Source: Candidatus Nanohaloarchaea archaeon (GTDB taxonomy: Archaea > Nanohalarchaeota > Nanosalinia > Nanosalinales > Nanosalinaceae). Taken from it: DNA of 64,000 nt. The notes under the pieces were generated by a model. The model saw only the letters and a list, made by a program, of their open reading frames with translations, had not been told where the DNA came from and made no database searches. The stretch is from positions 1-64,000 of the forward strand of contig JBDGRE010000010.1 of NCBI GenBank assembly GCA_042218325.1. The letters are read 5' to 3'. This document shows positions 18,000 to 27,615 of the stretch, piece after piece. A program made the translations under genes and the position numbers. Numbering within the stretch: position 1 is the stretch's first letter; each line of letters starts with the position of its first letter.

Positions 18000-18074
18000 A
18001 CCGGTTTAAAACAGTTTCTATGACTTCGGGGACAGTATCTGATTTTTAAGATTTTCTTGCAGGACTGGCTCAAC

Positions 18075-18320
18075 ATGTTCGGAAACCGTTTCGACGTACG
18101 TGAAGCACAGGAGTATTGGCAGGAGATAAAGGAGGAAGACTCCGAGTACGGTCATTTCCAGCTCTACAGGGACGGAAGGGACTCGGACAACATCTTCAAG
18201 CAGGCTCTCTCACTATACTGTAAGCGCAACACAGGCTTCGAGGAAGCCTCTGAACAGGGTTTGAGCGGAAGAGAACTTGAACCCGGAGAAACAGCGGCCT
18301 TCAACCGGCTTGACGACTGA
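18075..18320 (+). CDS. Hypothetical protein
   Basis: Acidic 81-aa ORF with upstream TTTTAAG. Confidence 0.5.
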   Translation: MFGNRFDVREAQEYWQEIKEEDSEYGHFQLYRDGRDSDNIFKQALSLYCKRNTGFEEASEQGLSGRELEPGETAAFNRLDD

Positions 18321-18362
18321 CCTCTCAGAACCTGTAAAAAAGCCGCGGAAGATAAATTTGAT

Positions 18363-19778
18363 ATGACAGCGATAGCGTGGCTCCGGCGGTCGATGCGCGT
18401 TCACGACAACACCGCTCTAATCAAGGCGGCAGAGGAACACAACCGTGTCATACCTTTCTACGTCATCGACGAGGACTACTTCTCCCGCACAGAGCTTGGA
18501 TATCCAAGGTTAAAATTCTGGCGCGACTCCCTGCTCGAACTCCGGGAAAAACTGGAGCAGCGGGGCAGCGACCTCGTGGTGAGGAATGGGTCGCCTGTCG
18601 AAAAGCTCAAGGAGATAAATAGAACTGCGGACGCGGACGCGGTCTACTTCAACCGCGACTACTCGCCATACTCGAGAAAGAGGGATGAAAAGGTGCGGGA
18701 GCTGGATGTCGAAGTGAACAACTTCAAGGACATCGTGATGTTCGAGAAGGAGGAGATAACAACTAACTCGGGCAGTCCTTACAAAGTTTACAGCTACTAC
18801 CGCGATAAGTGGTTTGAGAATGAGAAACCGCGGCCGCGGAAATTACCGGGGTTCGAAACACCTGAGATCGAGAGCGGCGAGATACCCTCCGTCGAAAAGC
18901 TCGGCTACGAGGAACCAGACGAACTCGAATGGACCTGGAACCCGGGAAGAGAAGCGGGTAGGAAGAAGCTGGAGGATTTCATGGACCGGATCGGCCGGTA
19001 TGATGAGGAGCGAGACCTCGCGCCGAAGGACTCGACTTCAAGGCTATCACCGCACCTCAAGTTTGGCACGGTATCGATCCGGGAAGCTTTCTGGGAGGCC
19101 GAGAGAGCGAAAGCAAGAGGTGCCGACGAGGACGGCGTGCGCGTATGGCAGGAGGAGCTTGCGTGGCGCGACTTCTACTTCCAGGTCATGTACAACTACC
19201 CGTACTGCGTCGAGAAGCCGTTCCTCGAGGAGTACGAGAGCATCGACTGGCGTGACGGTCAGGAGGCACGGGCCGACTGGGAGGCTCTGAAGCGAGGAAA
19301 GACAGGGTTCCCATTCGTCGACGCCGGCATGCGCCAGCTAAAACGCGAGGGCTGGATGCACAACCGTCTCAGGATGGTGGTTACCAGCTTCGCCGCAAAA
19401 GATCTCCACATCGACTGGAAGCTGCTCCACCGCTACTTCAAGAGGATGTTCGTCGACGCCGAACTCTCGGCGATGATAGGGGGTATCCAGTGGGCCTACT
19501 CGATAGGAACTGATGCGCAGCCGTATTTCCGCGTCTTCAACCCGTGGACACAGGGCGAGAAGTACGACCCGTCGGGAGGATACATCCGCGAGTACGTTCC
19601 CGAGCTCTCCGAGGTGCCGGACGAATACATCCATGAACCTCACAAGATGCCGGAGGAAGTCCAGGAGGAGACGGGCTGCATCATCGGCGATGATTACCCG
19701 GAGCCGGTGGTCGACCACCAGGAGGAGAAGCAGCGCGCGGTCGAGATGTTCGAAAAGGCCCGGGAAGCCAGCGATTAA
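18363..19778 (+). CDS. phr: CPD photolyase
   Basis: WLRRSMRVHDN, TSRLSPHLKFG, WRDFY, GWMHNRLRM, FRVFNP. Confidence 0.95.
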   Translation: MTAIAWLRRSMRVHDNTALIKAAEEHNRVIPFYVIDEDYFSRTELGYPRLKFWRDSLLELREKLEQRGSDLVVRNGSPVEKLKEINRTADADAVYFNRDYSPYSRKRDEKVRELDVEVNNFKDIVMFEKEEITTNSGSPYKVYSYYRDKWFENEKPRPRKLPGFETPEIESGEIPSVEKLGYEEPDELEWTWNPGREAGRKKLEDFMDRIGRYDEERDLAPKDSTSRLSPHLKFGTVSIREAFWEAERAKARGADEDGVRVWQEELAWRDFYFQVMYNYPYCVEKPFLEEYESIDWRDGQEARADWEALKRGKTGFPFVDAGMRQLKREGWMHNRLRMVVTSFAAKDLHIDWKLLHRYFKRMFVDAELSAMIGGIQWAYSIGTDAQPYFRVFNPWTQGEKYDPSGGYIREYVPELSEVPDEYIHEPHKMPEEVQEETGCIIGDDYPEPVVDHQEEKQRAVEMFEKAREASD

Positions 19779-19811
19779 TTTACTTAAACATACGCGAGGA
19801 AACCAACACCA

Positions 19812-21872
19812 GTGTTCCTCGATAAGAAACAGCCGGCCTCCAAGCTTCTCGCCCTCGGATTTACAGCAGCTCTACTCGCGGGGATGGCAGGGGCTATTAG
19901 TTTTGACAACCCTACCACTGGCACAACCCATGACTCGGATGTCTGGTTGAATGTATCTGGAGCAAGTTCTTCGTCGGGGAAAATAGATTTTCTCTATAAA
20001 AGGAGTTCGGACACAAGTTATCAGACCGTTTCGAACGGCGACAATGTTTCGACTTCGAGTGGTTCAGCGGAATTACTTTTCGAGCTTGGCAGCACGTCTT
20101 CAGGAGATTTTGATTTTAGGGTAGTGGAAGAGGATTCGGATGGAAGCGGTGCTAACGTTACCGGGGTGACCTTAGATGGAACCCCTCCCTCAGTTTCCAG
20201 CTTTTCCCCGTCGGACGATGGATATACGAAAGAAGGCGAAAATTTGGATGTATCGTTTTCGTCATCTGATTCGACTACTTCAATCTCGTATAACAACATA
20301 ACGATTCCGAGTGAAAGTCTGTCAAGTCTTTCCACGAGCTTGAATAGCGTTTCACTTTCAGAGGGCAGCTATGATGTTAATTACTATGTGAAAGATGATG
20401 TTGGTAATTGGGCAAATGGTTCGTGGTCGTTCACGGTCGACACGACGCAGGATTTCACGGTCGACCCGTCGTTCGATGATGGGCCGGGTGCGGTGAAGTG
20501 GAGTGAGGATTACAGTCTTGGATTCGATATCCAGGAGAACTCGGAGTCGGCGGATGTGACTGTGAGCTGTCTTGATTCTGGCGGGGATACTATCGATACC
20601 GATACTCTTTCCGATGGTGCGGTCACGGCCTCGTGCGATATCGATGACGAGTACGAGGACTCGACGGTAGATCTATCCGTGGAGGTGTGTGACCAGGCAG
20701 GTAACTGTGATACTTCGGGTGAGAGCACATTTACCTTCGATTCCTCACAGCCGAATGTATTCGAGTCGAACATCCCGGGGAGCGTGGTGAACAGCGATTT
20801 CCCGGTCGAGTTCACCGCTTCAGATGCGTCGGGTATCCAGGAGCTGGAGTACTTCTACGACGACTCTACGGTTAACGAGGGCTCAGGTACGTCGGTCGAC
20901 ATAGACGGCTCCTCGGGCGAGTTCACGGCCTCGGTCAATGGGCTCAGTGAGGGGCAGCACACTGTTTACTTCCGGGTGAAGGATGAGGCAGGCCGCTGGA
21001 GTTCCACAGAGTCCCTGGAGTTCGACTACAGGCCCGATGCGCAGCCGGAGATAACCATGGAGGCACCTTCAAGTATATCCGTCACCGCGGGCGACTCCAC
21101 GGGTTTCCAGGTGAACGTGAAGAACACCGGTGATATATTCATAGGCAGCAGCAATATCACCGCCTCGGCTGAAGGCGTTTTCTCCGATAGCAAGACGGTG
21201 GAAGAGCTGGCCCCCACGAACTCCACGACCGTCAGCTTCAGTGTAAGCACCGTGGCTGACGACCTCGGGAAGCATACTATAACTCTCTCCGTGTCGAACC
21301 CGGAGACGTCTAAGACCATCGGCCTGGTCGTAGAGGCCACTTCCCAGCAGGAATCCAGTCTCGACACGAAGCTGTCGGATTACGAGACCAAGCTCCAGCA
21401 GCTGCAACAGAAGGTCGAGGCCAAGAAAGGCGACTTACCGAAGGACCTGGAATCCCGGCTCGAGGCCAACCTGTCCGGGTTCAGGCAGAAGGTACAGGAT
21501 GCACGTCAGGCGAAGCAGAACGGTAACTACTACAGGGTCTCGTCCTCGCTTGAAGGTATAGAATCGGATTACCAGGCTGCACAATCGTCTTTCGAGAACG
21601 TCAAGAAGGCGGATAACCGCAGGGATACCCGCAGATGGATGATGATAGGGGGCGGCCTCGTGCTGCTCCTCGCTATCGCTGGAGGAGGCTTCTACTACTA
21701 CGAGAACGATAGGGAATTCGACTTCGATTTCGAACTCGACCTCGGCTCCGGCGATGAGGATTCCGATGAAGGCCCTGGATTCGTCAGCAACTTCATGGAC
21801 AGGCTCTCGGCGCTCACGAACAGCAAGGAGGAAGAGGCCGAGGAGTTCCAGTGGGACGGCTTCAAGAACTAG
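19812..21872 (+). CDS. Surface protein: signal peptide, S/T/D-rich Ig-like repeats, coiled coil, C-terminal TM anchor
   Basis: Hydrophobic N-terminus; DxTPP, DxxGN Ig-like motifs; TM WMMIGGGLVLLLAIAGGGFYYY. Confidence 0.75.
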   Translation: MFLDKKQPASKLLALGFTAALLAGMAGAISFDNPTTGTTHDSDVWLNVSGASSSSGKIDFLYKRSSDTSYQTVSNGDNVSTSSGSAELLFELGSTSSGDFDFRVVEEDSDGSGANVTGVTLDGTPPSVSSFSPSDDGYTKEGENLDVSFSSSDSTTSISYNNITIPSESLSSLSTSLNSVSLSEGSYDVNYYVKDDVGNWANGSWSFTVDTTQDFTVDPSFDDGPGAVKWSEDYSLGFDIQENSESADVTVSCLDSGGDTIDTDTLSDGAVTASCDIDDEYEDSTVDLSVEVCDQAGNCDTSGESTFTFDSSQPNVFESNIPGSVVNSDFPVEFTASDASGIQELEYFYDDSTVNEGSGTSVDIDGSSGEFTASVNGLSEGQHTVYFRVKDEAGRWSSTESLEFDYRPDAQPEITMEAPSSISVTAGDSTGFQVNVKNTGDIFIGSSNITASAEGVFSDSKTVEELAPTNSTTVSFSVSTVADDLGKHTITLSVSNPETSKTIGLVVEATSQQESSLDTKLSDYETKLQQLQQKVEAKKGDLPKDLESRLEANLSGFRQKVQDARQAKQNGNYYRVSSSLEGIESDYQAAQSSFENVKKADNRRDTRRWMMIGGGLVLLLAIAGGGFYYYENDREFDFDFELDLGSGDEDSDEGPGFVSNFMDRLSALTNSKEEEAEEFQWDGFKN

Positions 21873-22210
21873 AGCCGGCTCGTACCGTCGAAAAGTTCTT
21901 TTAGAAGGCCTTTATCTCTGACCGTTTCGACTATGTTCGCTACCTCGGCGGAGAAATCGTCATCCTTCGCGGCCTTCGATACCGCGTCGTCGAGCAGGAG
22001 GTCGACCTGCGGGTCATCTTTCAGGGTCTGTACGACATCCGGGTCCGCTCTTGACCGGTTCATGTACTGCGATACCGCTGGCTGGGTGACTTCCAGTTTC
22101 GCCGCTATCTCTTCCTGTGTGTATCCGTAGTCCTTCGAGAGTCTCGTCGCCATGATGCTGCGTACCGCGGGGAGCAGGTCGTCGCTTATGACCTCGATAT
22201 CGAACCGCAT
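21869..22210 (-). CDS. HTH transcriptional regulator (similar to the ThiR N-terminal HTH type)
   Basis: LLPAVRS..A..L..GYTQEEIAAKLEVTQPAVSQY. Confidence 0.8.
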   Translation of the reverse strand: MRFDIEVISDDLLPAVRSIMATRLSKDYGYTQEEIAAKLEVTQPAVSQYMNRSRADPDVVQTLKDDPQVDLLLDDAVSKAAKDDDFSAEVANIVETVRDKGLLKELFDGTSRL

Positions 22211-22215
22211 CAGGA

Positions 22216-22230
22216 TATAACAAGGTTATA
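22216..22230. promoter_or_regulatory. Palindromic operator TATAAC-AAG-GTTATA
   Basis: Perfect 6-3-6 palindrome 5 nt upstream of the HTH gene start codon. Confidence 0.55.
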
Positions 22231-22271
22231 AGATTCAAAAAGGTGATATAGCCAGGTCTCCAAGTTTACCC

Positions 22272-22628
22272 GTGGCAGGGAAGGAGAGGGCGGAACTTGT
22301 ATCCATCAGGAGGTCGCTGCAGGACAGGAAGGGCGAAGAGTCTTCCGGCCATGTACTCAACACAGGTAACTGGGAGGACTGCATAAAAGCCCTGAATAAG
22401 GCCAAGGACGAGGGAGAGGTCTATATCAAGACAACCGGGTTGCGAAAGCTGATAGGCAAGGAGGAGTCGGGGCTCGGATACATCATAAGCTTCCTGGATG
22501 AGGAAGGCTTCCTGGACTGCTGGAACGAGGCGGGACAGGTCCAGGAAAGATCGTACCGTGTCTCCCAGTACAGCCGGGAAGAGCTGGAAGATCTTGGTGC
22601 GGTATATATAGAAGTCCTGGATGAGTAG
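22272..22628 (+). CDS. Hypothetical protein
   Basis: 118-aa ORF divergent from the HTH gene. Confidence 0.55.
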   Translation: MAGKERAELVSIRRSLQDRKGEESSGHVLNTGNWEDCIKALNKAKDEGEVYIKTTGLRKLIGKEESGLGYIISFLDEEGFLDCWNEAGQVQERSYRVSQYSREELEDLGAVYIEVLDE

Positions 22629-22636
22629 AGAGGCCG

Positions 22637-22978
22637 TCAGTGGTCGGCCTGCTCTACTTCCCTGGAGAGACGCTCGATGTCCGAGGCAAGCGCATCGAGC
22701 TTCCTCGAGACCCGCTCCTTCTCCTTGATGATGTTCTCCACCTTCTCGTACTTCCGGGCCGCGTGGTCAAGGTGGTGTTTCTCGACGTATGCTGCCTCGG
22801 TTTCCATCATGTTGTCGATTATCTCTTCCGCTATCTCGCCGAGCAGAAGGTTGAGGCCGTAGTAAACGTTCGAGCGGACGTACTGGCCCTCGTCGGCCTT
22901 GTCTCTTATCATCCTTTTTATCCTGGCGTGTGTGAAAGGAAGGTCGGAAACATCGGTGTCTTCTGGGACTTCTACCAT
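22637..22978 (-). CDS. Histone-fold protein with C-terminal coiled coil
   Basis: LPFTHARIKRMIR (alpha1), long alpha2, VEKHHLD (loop2/alpha3), then heptad tail. Confidence 0.7.
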   Translation of the reverse strand: MVEVPEDTDVSDLPFTHARIKRMIRDKADEGQYVRSNVYYGLNLLLGEIAEEIIDNMMETEAAYVEKHHLDHAARKYEKVENIIKEKERVSRKLDALASDIERLSREVEQADH

Positions 22979-23066
22979 GTTATCACGTCAAAAATTTCCG
23001 TTCACAGGCTTTTAAGCCTTTCTGGCAGGTTTTCTTGAGTTCGAGGACTCCGGTAAGTATAAACCC

Positions 23067-23312
23067 GTGGCCCCGGAAAAATGGTACATGGTCGACCTTG
23101 TCACGTTGAACCAGGCGCTGGACGCGGCGATCAAGATACTTGTACTGGCAGGTTTCTTCTACCTGCTGCTTGTACTGAAGAACCTCGACAGGACCATACG
23201 CTCGGTCGAGCGCTCCGCGGAATCTATCGAGCGGACGTCGGAAAAGCTCGGCAAGTTATTCACGGTTTCTCGTTTCCTGCCGTTCGTCGGGAGGCGAAGA
23301 GATGATGGATGA
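23067..23312 (+). CDS. Small membrane protein
   Basis: One TM followed by a short coiled segment. Confidence 0.6.
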   Translation: MAPEKWYMVDLVTLNQALDAAIKILVLAGFFYLLLVLKNLDRTIRSVERSAESIERTSEKLGKLFTVSRFLPFVGRRRDDG

Positions 23313-23535
23313 GCTGATCGACAACCTCGGCGATGACAGCGACGGTGAAGAGGACTCCGAGGAGAGGTACAGCAAGCTGAAGAAGGAGGAGGCAGGGACG
23401 CAGCAGACAGAGGCCGAGAAAAGGTTCCAGGAGCTGAAGGATAAGGCGAAAGATGAGTTCATAGAGAAGCAGCGGAAACGGGAGCAGGAGGAAGACGAGG
23501 AAGACGACTCCGGCGACCCGTTCGTCACCCACTAG
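23302..23535 (+). CDS. Acidic hypothetical protein
   Basis: Overlaps previous stop; highly charged. Confidence 0.6.
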   Translation: MMDELIDNLGDDSDGEEDSEERYSKLKKEEAGTQQTEAEKRFQELKDKAKDEFIEKQRKREQEEDEEDDSGDPFVTH

Positions 23536-23582
23536 CGGGAAGTTTATAACCCGGGGTTTCCTGAAACATCCCATGGTTCCCG

Positions 23583-24764
23583 GTGGTAGGAGTGGAGCTT
23601 GATAGGATACCTGATATAGCCAAGCATCTTTCGCTCGTGTTCTTCCTGGCGTGGCTTGGCCGGTCGACAGCCTGGAACTTCCTGCCGATATTCATCGAAA
23701 GGCATATCGCCAGCGTGTTCCTTGTCGGGATCGTCACCTCGCTGCCCGCCGCGATTCCCGTAATACTTGACATACCTGTGGGCAACCTGGTGCAGCGCGC
23801 AGGCGAGAAGATAGTTATACTTTCCGGTCTTCTCGTGGCAGCTCTACCACCTCTTATGTACGTGACCGCGTTACCAGCCATGCTGGTCGTGGGAAAGATG
23901 CTGGAGGGCGTTGCGAAGGCGCTCGTGTTCAACGGCGGCTGGAGCATAACGATGCAGTCCTCCAACGACGACGTGGAGGCCGAATCCCTGTCAGTCTTCC
24001 TGCTCGGGCTTAACCTCGCGATAGTCATCGGCCCGATCATCGGCGGCTACCTCATAGATTCGTACGGCTTCCCTGTGACCTTCGGTCTCTGGGTCTTCAC
24101 CGCCTCGCTCGCGGTGCTCGTGTTTCTCAGCTACATAGGCCTCGAGAGGAAGCGAGGTTTCATAGAATCCATCGAGGAGCTCTTGCACCGTGACACCTAC
24201 GGTAACGACTGGAGACACCTCAAGCAGAACTGGGGAAGCATCCGGTTCCCGCTTGCCCTGATATTCCTTTACTCCATAATATTCTCGTTCTACTGGCTGG
24301 CCATACCGCTGCTCCTCGACAAGATGGGCGCAGGCTTCATCACCATGGGGCTGATATTCGGGGCCGCGGCGCTGCCGAAGGTGTTCCAGTTCATGTTCGG
24401 CGACCTTGCCGACAGGATAGGCGACCTCCGGGTCGTGGCGCTTACCTCGTTGCTGCTCACGCCGGTGCTGGTGTCGATGAACTTCCTCTCCGGCGCTTTC
24501 ATGATAGGTGCGATGTTCTTCGTTGCCCGGATATTCTCGGCCGGGATGTCGCCCGCGCTCCACTCCATATTCGACGCCCGCTGCCCGGAGGAGCATGAAT
24601 CGGAGCTGACAGGCTTCCTGGAGTTCTTCAAGCACTCGGGACAGGCTCTCGGTCCTGTGGTGGCGGGTACCGCGGCCTCGATATGGTCGCTCAACGCCAG
24701 CTTCCTGGTCGCGGCAGCGGTTTCCGCGGTGATATTCGCCTCCGCGATCTACAGTTTCCGCTAG
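23583..24764 (+). CDS. MFS transporter
   Basis: About 12 TMs, GDLADRIG motif, GPIIGG. Confidence 0.88.
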   Translation: MVGVELDRIPDIAKHLSLVFFLAWLGRSTAWNFLPIFIERHIASVFLVGIVTSLPAAIPVILDIPVGNLVQRAGEKIVILSGLLVAALPPLMYVTALPAMLVVGKMLEGVAKALVFNGGWSITMQSSNDDVEAESLSVFLLGLNLAIVIGPIIGGYLIDSYGFPVTFGLWVFTASLAVLVFLSYIGLERKRGFIESIEELLHRDTYGNDWRHLKQNWGSIRFPLALIFLYSIIFSFYWLAIPLLLDKMGAGFITMGLIFGAAALPKVFQFMFGDLADRIGDLRVVALTSLLLTPVLVSMNFLSGAFMIGAMFFVARIFSAGMSPALHSIFDARCPEEHESELTGFLEFFKHSGQALGPVVAGTAASIWSLNASFLVAAAVSAVIFASAIYSFR

Positions 24765-25498
24765 AACCTGCCGATCTCCGGGAACTCGAAAAGACCGGCC
24801 TCTCTCGAGACAGCTACCGCCTCCAGCCCTCCGACGTCCACACGGTTCCTCAGGATAGGTGAAAGAAGCTCACTCTGCGGCACCTGGTTGACCTTCGAGC
24901 CGCCCGATATCTTCGAGAAAGCCGGCATGACAACTATCTTCTTCCCCTCCCGGGTTTCGCCGTAGAGAAACGCGTCGACCTTCTCCTTCACACCTATCTC
25001 GTCCTCAAGGACCAGAGCAGGGTGCTCGTGGCCTATGACCACAGTCTTGTACTCCCCGTCGATATCCATGTCGTCAAGATCCCTGTGGCCGTGTACGAAA
25101 AGGATACCTTCTTCCATGTGGAAATCGCTGAGGGTGCCGTGTTTCTCCACGATGTTCTCTATGAACGTGTCGTGGTTGCCCTTCACCACGATGACCTCGT
25201 CGAACTCTCGGTCGAGGAACTCCATGAACTCCTCGATTTCTTTTTGCTCGGAGTAACGGGTCGTCGCGAACTCGTGCTTCAGGTCGCCGTTGACCAGTAT
25301 CCTTGAGGCGCCGGTCTCCTGCCTCGCGTCTTCTATGTCCTCTATGAGCTCCTCCAGCTGGAACTGTGGCACGTACCCGCCCTCCGAGGTCATCGAGCCC
25401 TCCAGGCCGAGGTGCAGGTCGCTGATGACGAGTAGGTCCATCCCCGGGTGGTAGAGCAGCGGAAGGCTGTCAACGGTTTCGAAGTCGAAGATTTTCAT
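24761..25498 (-). CDS. Calcineurin-like metallophosphoesterase (Lhr-associated type)
   Basis: SDLHLG, NGDLKH, GNHD, HGH, GHEHP, MPAFS. Confidence 0.9.
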   Translation of the reverse strand: MKIFDFETVDSLPLLYHPGMDLLVISDLHLGLEGSMTSEGGYVPQFQLEELIEDIEDARQETGASRILVNGDLKHEFATTRYSEQKEIEEFMEFLDREFDEVIVVKGNHDTFIENIVEKHGTLSDFHMEEGILFVHGHRDLDDMDIDGEYKTVVIGHEHPALVLEDEIGVKEKVDAFLYGETREGKKIVVMPAFSKISGGSKVNQVPQSELLSPILRNRVDVGGLEAVAVSREAGLFEFPEIGRF

Positions 25499-25577
25499 GG
25501 AGTGTTCGAGAAGAGCGAGATTTTAGTATCCGGAGGTCGGCCGGAACGGTTTTAAGCGTTGAGCAGAAAGGTAAGAT

Positions 25578-25799
25578 ATGGAGATTTCAACGGACGAAAG
25601 GGTTGTTAAGAACTCTCTCACGATTCTTCTTGGCGTTGCTGGGCTTTTATCCAGTATAGTAGGCGTAGGATTTCTTTCGGAGTGGCTAAAGTCGGCTTCA
25701 GGTTTCACCAGCAGCAGTTTTGCTCTGGGCGCGTTTCTCTTCCTGCTCGGGATGAGCATCGTGGTGGTCTTGCTTTCGCAGGTAATCGAAGGTGAGTAG
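25578..25799 (+). CDS. Small 2-TM membrane protein
   Basis: Two hydrophobic helices; TTTTAAG upstream. Confidence 0.55.
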   Translation: MEISTDERVVKNSLTILLGVAGLLSSIVGVGFLSEWLKSASGFTSSSFALGAFLFLLGMSIVVVLLSQVIEGE

Positions 25800-25801
25800 C
25801 T

Positions 25802-26077
25802 GTGGAAGAGGCGGAACTTGAGAAGAACCAGCTGGACCTCCAGTTTCAGAACTGGGTTTCCGTGAGCAACGTGCTCCTCGGAAGCGGTTTAACCGCTGTA
25901 ATTGCTGCCTGGCCTGTTCTGGATTCTTTCGGACTGAGCTTCCTGGAGAAGGTTTTTCTCGACCTTGCAGTTTCAGGCTCTCTTATGATGCTCGGAGTTC
26001 TGGCGAGAAACGGAGCTCATGACTACGCAGGAAGATACTGGAACTGGGTAAATAGGGCCGAGTCCTTCAGTCTCTAA
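25802..26077 (+). CDS. Small 2-TM membrane protein
   Basis: Two hydrophobic helices; 2 nt after previous stop. Confidence 0.5.
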   Translation: MEEAELEKNQLDLQFQNWVSVSNVLLGSGLTAVIAAWPVLDSFGLSFLEKVFLDLAVSGSLMMLGVLARNGAHDYAGRYWNWVNRAESFSL

Positions 26078-26720
26078 GATCGGAGTGGAGTGATTCTAGC
26101 TGTTGAGCATCGACACCAGCCAGGGAGAAAACTGTGTAGTGTGCATACTCTCCCCCGTTATCTGTGAGGCCGAGAACCAGCATACCGGCCTTTCTCGCTC
26201 CTTTCATGCCTGCCTGGCCGTCCTCGATAACGAGGCAGTCGGTAGGCGCGACTTCCAGCATTCGAGCCGCCTCGAGAAAAACATCGGGCGATGGTTTACC
26301 TTCTTCGACCTCTTCCGCGCTGACAACTGCATCGAAGTGCTCTAGTAGTTCGAGTTCCTCCAGCACGTCACGGATAAAATCAGGTTCTGAGGAGGAGGCA
26401 ACTGCCATCGAGTAACCTTCGCTTTAGGCATCTCTGATCAGGTTCAGAGCACCCTCTACGGGTTCGACGCCTCTCTCCTGGACAAGTTTGAAGAGCCGCT
26501 CCTGCTTCCGGGCTTAGGCCTCCATCGGGTCGGAAGCATTGGTTTCCTGCTCGAAGAGCGTTCCGGGCGGTTTGCCAGCGTACTTCTCTGTTATTTCTTC
26601 CTGATTCATATCAACATCGTAGTCGTCAAGTACCTCTGACTGTGCCTGTGCGTGGAGCTCCTGCGTCCGGGACATAACTCCGTCCATGTCGAAGATGATG
26701 GCTTCCAGCGGCATATACAC
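26067..26720 (-). pseudogene. HAD-family phosphatase (beta-PGM-like) with two in-frame TAA (26514-26516, 26424-26426)
   Basis: FDMDGV motif I, ASSS motif II, GKPSPDVF, IEDG all in one frame across the stops. Confidence 0.82.
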
Positions 26721-26753
26721 TCCAGTTCCTCCTGAAGCTTGAAGAAAGTTGAT

Positions 26754-27611
26754 TCAACGGTTCAGCTCCCGCCATACCTCAAGAAATGCCTCGAAGATAT
26801 CCTGCTCTGTCGATAGCTGGACGAAGTGCGCGTCGTTCTTGTCCGCGATGTGCTCGACCTGGGACAGGTGCTGCTGCAGCCGGTCCTTGTAACTGTTCTT
26901 CGTCTTCCTCGACAGGTAGGTCCTCAGCGTGGAGTCGCTCTCGGGGTCCTTCAGGATGGCGTCGCCGTCGAAATCCGGGTCGAGCTCGGTGGCGTCGAGC
27001 GTGTTCACCAGCACGAGATCCGTATCTCTTAACCTCTCCACACCCTCCTCGATACCTTCTATGTCGGTCAGGAAGTCGCTGATGACGACTACTGCGGACT
27101 TGTTCTGTATCCTGCCCGCGTACTCTGTAAGGCAGCGCTCCACCCGCGACTCCGGCGTCTTTCTCAACTGGTTCAGAGTCTCCACCAGCTCGCCCATGTT
27201 CGCGTTTCTCCTGCCCGACGAGATGTCAGTAACAGTTTCCGAGAACACGGAGAACCGGAACCGGTCGTTGGTATTCGACACCATATAGGCGATGGCCAGG
27301 CCGATCTTCGACGCGAATTCGTACTTGTTCACGTTTCCGTAATCCATCGAGCTGGAGCGGTCGACCAGCACGTGGACGGTAACGGATTTCTCCTCCTCGA
27401 ATCGCTTGATGAAAAGCTCTTCTGTACGGCCGTATACGTTCCAGTCCATCTTCCGTATATCGTCACCGGGCACGTACTTCTTGTGGTCCTCGAAGATCAT
27501 GCCCTGGCCTGTCCAACTCGATTGCTGCTCTCCCTGTCTTATCTCGGTGGAGTTCTTCTTCAGGGCGAGCTGGAACCTGTCAAGTTCGTCGAGGAAGTCG
27601 AGCTCTATCAT
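26754..27611 (-). CDS. DUF58 vWA-like protein
   Basis: G..FEDHKKYVPGDDIRKMDW, VDRSSSM, ISDF; downstream of MoxR. Confidence 0.9.
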   Translation of the reverse strand: MIELDFLDELDRFQLALKKNSTEIRQGEQQSSWTGQGMIFEDHKKYVPGDDIRKMDWNVYGRTEELFIKRFEEEKSVTVHVLVDRSSSMDYGNVNKYEFASKIGLAIAYMVSNTNDRFRFSVFSETVTDISSGRRNANMGELVETLNQLRKTPESRVERCLTEYAGRIQNKSAVVVISDFLTDIEGIEEGVERLRDTDLVLVNTLDATELDPDFDGDAILKDPESDSTLRTYLSRKTKNSYKDRLQQHLSQVEHIADKNDAHFVQLSTEQDIFEAFLEVWRELNR

Positions 27612-27615
27612 CGTC

